A stretch of DNA of 64,000 bases, from the NCBI RefSeq assembly GCF_000372725.1, contig NW_005201113.1:124001-188000 (forward strand), read 5' to 3'. The notes beneath the pieces were generated by a model. It had not been told where the DNA came from. It saw only the letters and a list, made by a program, of their open reading frames with translations, and ran no database searches. The stretch's first letter is position 1; each line of letters starts with the position of its first letter. Source of the stretch: Emiliania huxleyi CCMP1516 (lineage: Eukaryota). Both the position numbers and the translations under genes were made by a program. Of this stretch, positions 57,195 through 64,000 are shown piece after piece.

Positions 57195-57667
57195 AAAATT
57201 CTGTATCGGTGTACCTGTGTTAGTGCCAGTGCGCGCCAGGTCGGGGCCGCGCTGAAAATTCTTTATCGGTCCCGTGCCCAGTGTTGTGCGAGGGAGTTTT
57301 GTTGTAAAATTCTTTATCGGTCGTGATACGTGAATGAGCTTGCCTGTGGCGGGGGTGGGCGGGTGCACGGAGCTAAGTGCCTCGCCACCCTCGCAGGAGT
57401 CGCTTAGGCGGCTCCCGTGGTGTACCTGTGTTAGTGCCAGTGCGCGCCAGTCCCGTGCCCAGAAAAAAGAAAGAAAACAGACAACCCAAGGGAGGGATGG
57501 GAGGACGGCACGCCGCCACCACACAGGGATTTTAAGGAGAGGTGTGTGGTGCGCTAGCCGTCGCCCACCCTAGGGAGTCTGCCTCTTCCTATCTCTCTTC
57601 GCAGTCTCTCTCCGACTCTCGCTGCAACCTTCATGCCCAGTGTTGTGCGAGAAAATTCTTTATCGGT
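57195..57667 (+). mobile_element. Array of four 16-bp target repeats separated by retrotransposon 3' fragments
   Basis: aaaattct(g/t)tatcggt at 57195, 57255, 57306 and 57652; spacers match 19046-19202. Confidence 0.88.
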
Positions 57668-57688
57668 TGCCCGCCGAGCGCCGACGCG

Positions 57689-59022
57689 ATGGAGAGGCTC
57701 GTCCCCGAGAAGGGCGAGAAGGGCGGAGAGGAGAGCGCCTCGACCGTCGCCGCTCTGCCCGCCTCGATGGTTCGTCGGTTCGAGGTCCTCTCCGCAGTCG
57801 TGGCCTTCATGGCGGCGAGCGCGGGAATGATGATCGTCAATAAGCTCGTGATGCGAGGCTCCCACCTGCCCATCACCATCGTCATCATCCAGATGCTCTT
57901 CACCGTCGTGACGATCGTCGTCGTGCCGGGCATGCGCAGGGCGATTCGCTTTGGGTCGGCACGAGACGTGTGGCGCTGGACCCGCGCCGTGCCGCCCCTC
58001 TTTGCCTTGATGCTCTCGACGTCGATGCTCGCGCTTGATCACGCCACCATGGGCGCGTTTATCGTCGTGCGAAACCTTGCACCCGTGCCTGCTCTTCTCT
58101 CCGAGGCGTTTATTGACCGCTCGCTAAAGATCGACCTGCAAACAATGCTCGCGATGGCCCTCTCTCTCGCCGGCGTGATCCTCTACGCACGGAACGACCT
58201 GCACTCGTCGCCTCTCGGCTTCCTCTTCATGGGCATCAACCTGTGCGCCGCCGTGCTCGAGCGCCTCGTCCAGCGCACCCTCATCGCACTCGACCCGATC
58301 GACGTCTCCAAGCAGGTGAGGGATACGGGTGGAGGTAGAGGTTAGGCTCGTTCACCGCTGACTCCATCTCGCCCGGGCAGGGCATGATGATGATCAACAA
58401 CGGCGTGGGCGCACTGCTGCTCGTCCCGCTTGCCCTCTCGCCGACGCGCTTCGGCGAGCTTGGTCACGTGCACGAGATCGCAGCCTTTGACGCGAGGCAG
58501 TGGGCGCTGCTCCTCCTCAGCTGCATCAACGGCGTCGCCATCAGCTACGCCGCCATCCACCTCCAAAAGTTCGTCTCCGCCTCCACGCTGATGGTGCTCG
58601 CAAACAGCAACAAGTTTGCCGTCGTCGCCTTCGGCATCTTTGTCCTCGGCGAGTCGCGCTCGTGGCAGGCTGTGCTCGGCTGCGTGGTCGCCCTCTCGGG
58701 CGGCGTGTGGTACGCCAGCGCCCGCAGCGAGCTCGAGGCTGCAGGCGGGGAGGGCGCCGCCTCGGCCGCGAAGAGATCTCCGGCGCGGCTCGTCCAGGCG
58801 GCCGCCGTCGCGGCGCTGCTACTCCTCGCGGTGAGCGGGTTCGGGATGCCCGCGGCGCCGGCGGGCGTGCCCCACAGGAATGCGGGCCAACGCCAGCGCC
58901 TAAGCGCGTCGCAGAATGCGACGACCCCGAAGCACGCGCGCCCTCGCACCCGCCCACACGGCTCGCCGCACGCTGCTGCAGGCGCACGCTGCTGCCGGGG
59001 CGGGCAGGCCTCCTCGCGCTGA
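57689..59022 (+). CDS. Nucleotide-sugar transporter (GONST/TPT-like, DMT superfamily); intron 58316-58380
   Basis: MMIVNK, IQMLFT, VVRNLAP, GMMMINN, VSASTLMVLANSNK; about 10 TM helices; C-terminal end uncertain. Confidence 0.87.
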
Positions 59023-59754
59023 GGATGTGATGAGTGGATTTTCCGTCCGTAGGCCGCGGTTGAGCACGCCGCGGCGCTTTCGCTCTCGCTCGGGGCGCGA
59101 GACGCACGGCACTCTCACGTGGGTTTGGCACTATCTCGACAACAACACATCTCCCTATCTCGAGGCTTTGATTCTTACGTCCCTCGCCCGCCAAGGCTTG
59201 GGTTCTGCTATAGAAGTACTTGTATGGTTGCTCACACCACTGTGGGGGGTATTGCATGTCGCATGTTGTGTTAAGTACTGCCTCGCGTCGCTCGGCGTCG
59301 CCGGCCAGATCTCGCGCCACACGTGGTCTTCATTCGCGCTTTCGCTTCCGCCGCTTCGCCTTCGTCTCCTTGCTGCGCAGTGCAGGGTGATGGGTGTGCC
59401 GACGCGCCACGCCGGCGGGCCCGTGTGCCTCTCGCCGCCGCGTCCGGCGACGGCATCGATCCTGTCCGCTAAAACTAATCTTCACCCCGCATACCACTTT
59501 CGCATACCACTCAAAAAACTAATCAAAATATCACCAAAATACCGGTCTCATACCGGTAAAGTTTGAGCACTGGGGAGGGAGCGCGCCGGCGCGCCGCGCC
59601 GGCCTCTCAGCTCTCTCTCAAAATAATATGAAATAAATGTTGTGTGCGCAAACACTGCCGAATGACTCACTGTCATCACTGGGTTGTACTGGGCTGTGCG
59701 TGTGCCTCGGAGCACGGAGAATCCTCGCCCGCGCGGTAGTTTCTGGCTACGGCC

Positions 59755-60756
59755 CTACGCCTCATCGTCCCCGCCAGACTTGAACAACCAGCTGCGATAA
59801 TCGTCGTGCGTGGGCGCGGGGCACCAGATACTGAAGGTCAGCGTGCAGACGAAGGCGCGCGGCATGATGACAATGTAGACGTCATAGAAGAGGTCAAGCG
59901 TCGGGATCACCACCGGCTTGAAAAAAAGCTCGATGTAGATCGGCTCGTGACATAGTCGGAGAATTTCTCCTGCGGCACCGCTAGCACGTCGTGCCTGTGG
60001 CCTCGGCAACACTCAAAGCAGGGCTCGCGTAGGCCGCTGGTCCAGTCGCAGCCCTTGTCGCTCATTTTGGCCTTGTAGAGGAAGGAGTTCTTCTGGTAAC
60101 CCATCGACGCGCCGTCTGGAAGTAGAGCGCCGTTTTCGCAATACACGTCGTCCCACTGCCTGTTCTTTTTGTCGCAGGTGGTAGTGTAGCCCCACAGCAT
60201 CTCGGTGAGCAGCGGGCCGGCTGCAGGCATGAGGGGGGAGCAGTGGATGTTAGAGAGAGCCGTGGGGGTCCTCTCCTCACTACAGCTTGGAAGTGTCTGT
60301 GTCACCCGGCTGGCCGTGCGATTCCGGTGCCTCCACAACCTCGTTGTACCCTTCGTGGCTCCAGACGAGCTTCCCGCCCCGCTCCTGCGGCCGAGCGGGA
60401 GTCAACGGCGCGCGGAGGGTGCGAATGTGATTCTATTGGGGGCCAGGGGGCCTGAGTTTGCAGATCGTGGGAGCCGTAGCGAGTGTGGTGAGGTGCAGGT
60501 CAGACGTGTGCACGTTCCACGCCCAGATCGTGCCACCGGCGAGCGAGCTGCAAGTTCGCGTGCTATAGTGTGTAGTGGCTAGCAGAATCACCTCAAAAGC
60601 AACCCCAAAGCTATCCAGCTTCGGAGCTGGCGGAGGCCCAGCAGGGCCAACAGCGACGGCAACGGCAACGTGCAAGGCGAGGACGCCTGCGCAGCACACG
60701 AAAGCAATCCGCGCGCGGCGGCGGCGTGGCGGCGGCTCGGCGAGCGGTTCGATCAT
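59755..60756 (-). CDS. Hypothetical membrane-anchored Cys-rich protein, with introns and an apparent frameshift near 59950
   Basis: N-terminal hydrophobic stretch and protein-like exons in ORFs 60433-60831, 59907-60338, 59755-60012. Confidence 0.4.
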
Positions 60757-60957
60757 CGCAGGGGGGGGGGGAAGCCGCCGGGGCAGGGGGCAACTGCGAG
60801 CCGCGCGGTGATTGCAGTTCGTCAACGACAACGAAGGAGCGGGCCGTTACAAAAGGGCGGGAAATAGGCAGTTTTCTTGAAATCGTCGAAGTATCTAGAT
60901 ACTAACGCACATCGCGTTGACCTTCGCTTCGCGCGGCATTTCAACCGGACGACGTTC

Positions 60958-62589
60958 ATGCGCGGCTCCAGCGGCCCCAGCGACGATATCGGCGGGAGAG
61001 ACGCAGATGGCGAGCTGCGGCTTGTCGCCAGTGCTGCCATCCCGAGAAGCGACCAGTCTGAGGCTGAGGAGGCCGGCGGTGGCAGCACCTCGCACGCTGC
61101 TGTCGGCAATGCACTCTACTGTTCCCTGACCAAGTCAGACACCGCGAGCCTGGTGGCCTTTGCCCAGCATCTTAGCGGCGGCGACGACGCGGCCTGTTCT
61201 GCAGGCAGTGATTTTACGGTCGCCGCTGTTCCGTCCACCCGTGACGCATTGGGCGTCACTTCGGCAACGACATCACCTGCAGCTGCAGCAGCAGAGCGCG
61301 CGGCAAAGGCGAGTCCGTTCCCGGCGCCTCACGGGTGGGCCGCCGTGCTTGCGATCGCGCTCAACAGCTCCTTCAATGCGTTCCTGTGCATGAACTTCTC
61401 CGCGACGCAGGCTGCCTCTGCCGCCGCCCTCGGCATTGCAGAGGGTGAGGTCGCTAGCTTCTACTCCGTGTACCTCTTCTGCTGTCTGCTCTTCATGACG
61501 CCGGTAATGTGGCAAACGGAACGGCACGAGTCGTCCGCCCTCGGCTGCAGCGTCGCTGCGACCGCCGTCGCCGCGTGGACGCGGTGGTGGGCTCTCGCCG
61601 CGGAGAGCCGCAACAAGTTTGGCCTCTGCCTCCTCTCCCAGGCCCTCGTTGGCTTTGGCGCCGCAGCCATCTCAACGCTGCCCGGGCAGATATCGCACCA
61701 GCGGTTCCCAGCCAGCCAGTGGGCGCTAGCGACGAGCTTGATGCTCATGGCCAACTATTCAGGCTGGCTGTTTGGCGCCTCTGTCCCCGAGACGGCCGTC
61801 ACCGAGGGCTCGGCCGAGGAGCTCTCTCGGCTCTTTCTGGTGCAGGCCCTCTACTCCCTCGTTGCGGTGTCGGCCTACCTCCTCCTCTACCGCCCGCTAG
61901 CGGGCGAGGCAGCTCGCGCGGTGGCCGAGGAGAATCGCCGCAAGTCCCACTGCGGCGGCTTTGCGGATGTCTTGCGGGTGATGACCTCGACGCCGCAGTT
62001 TGTGCTGCAGCTGTGCTCCCACGGATGCTTCGGTGCGGTCGGATTTGTCGTCCCGAGCGCGGCGCTGTTCATCCTCGACGACATCGGCGCCCCGCAACTG
62101 CTCGTGCGGGCGACCGGGCCCATCTTTATCGGCGCGGGCGTGCTGGGCGGCGTCGCCCTCGGCTACTACAGCACGGACGCGCGCACCTTTCCCCGAACGC
62201 TGCGGGGGTGCTACGTGCTCGGCTCGGCCTCGCTGCTGCTCATGTGCGGGGCGACTTACTCGGGCCTGCTTGACCCGGCGGCGCGGAGCGCTGCGCTGCT
62301 CGTGCTGATGGCCGCCGCCGGCTTTGCGACCCTCGGCTTCACTGGCGTCCTCTTTGAGGACCTCGCCCGCTTCCCCGGCATCCCGCCCAGCTACATGCTT
62401 TGGGTCGGCTACGAGATCATGCTGGCCTTCTCGGTCGTGCTCAACATGCTCGCCTCCAACGCGCGCGGCTTCTGGACCCTCGCGGCGACCGGACTCGTGG
62501 CGGCGCTGGCGTTTCTCGGCCTCTACCGGCAGGCGGGCGGAGGGGGAGGGGGCGGCGGCGGGGACAGGGACAGGGTGGACCTGCTCTGA
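60958..62589 (+). CDS. MFS transporter (FLVCR-like)
   Basis: About 12 TM helices; SQALVGFG..PGQISHQRFPASQWALATS..ANYSG. Confidence 0.8.
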   Translation: MRGSSGPSDDIGGRDADGELRLVASAAIPRSDQSEAEEAGGGSTSHAAVGNALYCSLTKSDTASLVAFAQHLSGGDDAACSAGSDFTVAAVPSTRDALGVTSATTSPAAAAAERAAKASPFPAPHGWAAVLAIALNSSFNAFLCMNFSATQAASAAALGIAEGEVASFYSVYLFCCLLFMTPVMWQTERHESSALGCSVAATAVAAWTRWWALAAESRNKFGLCLLSQALVGFGAAAISTLPGQISHQRFPASQWALATSLMLMANYSGWLFGASVPETAVTEGSAEELSRLFLVQALYSLVAVSAYLLLYRPLAGEAARAVAEENRRKSHCGGFADVLRVMTSTPQFVLQLCSHGCFGAVGFVVPSAALFILDDIGAPQLLVRATGPIFIGAGVLGGVALGYYSTDARTFPRTLRGCYVLGSASLLLMCGATYSGLLDPAARSAALLVLMAAAGFATLGFTGVLFEDLARFPGIPPSYMLWVGYEIMLAFSVVLNMLASNARGFWTLAATGLVAALAFLGLYRQAGGGGGGGGGDRDRVDLL

Positions 62590-63139
62590 TGACTCCTCGG
62601 TGTGGGCGCAGGGCGGCGGCGGCGCAGGCTCCGGCCTCCGCTGCGCGGTGAGCAGCGCTCGAGGGAGAGGTGAGAGCTGCACAGCTGGTTCGGGCAGCTC
62701 GCAGCGGCGCCAGCGGCTGTGTGCGGCTGGGTACCCGGCTGTGCCGGGCCGGGCCTGGGCGGGGCTGGGGCTGGGGAAGGTGGCTGGGGCTCGGGCGTCG
62801 GGGGGGCTCGCCCAGATAGCACGTACCTCTCGCGTACGGCTCTACCTCTCTCACAATTGAATATATCGCGGACGTACGACGTAATACCACGTAACGTATA
62901 TACGACTACGAGGTAGCAGGTGCCAGCGGTCGTGCAGGGGTACTAGCAAGGCGAACTCTATACTCTACGGTACGTGCCGGCGATAGCGATTTAGAGATAG
63001 GAGATAGCCGTACTTGGAGACGGAAGATGTACACAACAGGATACAACTCCATAGAGACGACTCGCTTCATGTGCACAAAACGTAGTCTAGGCGCGCGCTC
63101 CGCGGCTCCGCGCGTCGGCCAAAAGGCGATCACAGATGA

Positions 63140-64000
63140 TCACTCCTCGGCCTTCACGCCTGATGGCCCCGCATCGCCTTTCTTCTCCAGCGCGCGCAGG
63201 GCCGCCTCGAGCGTCGCCTCGGCCGCCTCGCGTTTCGCCTCCGCCGCCTCGCGTTTCGCCTCCGCCGCCTGCTCCGCGGCCGCCGCCGCAGTGTACGCGG
63301 CGAAGGCCTTGTCGAGGGCGCTGAGCGGCGGGTGCTCCTTCTCCGCTTGCTCGCGCGCGGCCTCTCGCTGGCGCTCAAGCTCTGCGCCGCCGATCTTCTT
63401 GGCTAGGAAGTCCCGAAAAGGCTCCTCCATCAGCTCGTGCGCCCGCGCGTCCACCTCCGACGCGCACAGCGACCGCCCCTTGGCCACGCGCGTCTCGACG
63501 TCGTCGGCGCGGCTCCGCTTGCGCGGCGTCTCCACCGTGCCCTCCGTGAGGTCGATGGCGCGCTTGCGGCCCTCGGCGTCCTTTTGGTCGCGCGTCCGCT
63601 CGCCCACCACGGACACCTCGTCGGCGGGCGGCACGTGCCGGAGGAGCCGTAGGCCGGGCGCGTCAAGCCAGGAATTCCCCACGGGCACCAAGCCAGGAAT
63701 TCCCATCTGCCAAGTGCCGGTCGCGTCCTCGAGCCGCTTCTTGTCCGATGAGAGCTTGATGCAGCCCTGTGCTTGTCCCTTCTCGTGCGCCAAGCCAACA
63801 TACCATCGGCCAATCGCATGCCACAGCATGTACCTCTCGCCGCTGGCCTTGACGTAGGACGGCGCGCCATTGACAAGCTCCGAGCGCCTGTTGTATACGC
63901 CGAGGATCAGCCTTTCGTTTGCTTGACGCCGAATTTCTTCTCCCTTTAGGCGCGGCGTTTTCCTGGGCAGCTCGCCCACGAGCGCGATCGTCTCATCGCT
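63140..64000 (-). CDS. Hypothetical protein (GVY..NGAPSY..LW..WYVG domain + coiled coil), start beyond or near the window end
   Basis: 279-aa ORF with globular then helical composition. Confidence 0.5.
   Translation of the reverse strand, partial: SDETIALVGELPRKTPRLKGEEIRRQANERLILGVYNRRSELVNGAPSYVKASGERYMLWHAIGRWYVGLAHEKGQAQGCIKLSSDKKRLEDATGTWQMGIPGLVPVGNSWLDAPGLRLLRHVPPADEVSVVGERTRDQKDAEGRKRAIDLTEGTVETPRKRSRADDVETRVAKGRSLCASEVDARAHELMEEPFRDFLAKKIGGAELERQREAAREQAEKEHPPLSALDKAFAAYTAAAAAEQAAEAKREAAEAKREAAEATLEAALRALEKKGDAGPSGVKAEE

Noticed and set aside
57195..57667. CRISPR array
   Set aside because: Repeats are 16 bp, spacers are uneven and all derive from one retroelement end; no cas genes; eukaryotic context
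1..64000. tRNA, rRNA or hammerhead ribozyme genes
   Set aside because: None recognised by eye; a covariance-model scan would be needed to exclude them

Overview
GC-rich eukaryotic nuclear DNA. Frequent GC-AG introns, (GGGGAGATAT)n-type intronic repeats, a (CCCTAA)n tract and bipartite plastid-targeting peptides point to a haptophyte such as Emiliania/Gephyrocapsa huxleyi (inferred, not proven). About 20 protein genes are supported: two PAN-domain paralogues, a GH27 alpha-galactosidase, a DHHC gene with an in-frame stop, a 7xFG-GAP/Cys-rich/TM/HET(TIR-like) receptor, DUF2237, an EGY-type M50 protease, an RCC1 protein, a 5'-nucleotidase, a CobW-DUF1826 fusion, a GT32, an HIR/band-7 gene, a Dicer-type helicase lacking RNase III preceded by a peptidase-G2-like ORF, an OPR-RAP protein, a TM-RING ligase, a GIY-YIG protein, a nucleotide-sugar transporter and an MFS transporter. 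Mobile DNA is dense: a CRE-like retrotransposon family repeatedly inserted at AAAATTCTT motifs upstream of genes, ~30-bp micro-insertions with TSDs, a retro-insertion that looks like a new GC-AG intron, MITEs and a 1.77-kb palindrome. Best candidates for new biology are the Toll-like-architecture HET receptor, the split-Dicer/OPR-RAP pair and the promoter-targeted retro arrays. All family calls come from motif recognition by eye; no database searches were run and exon boundaries are predictions.
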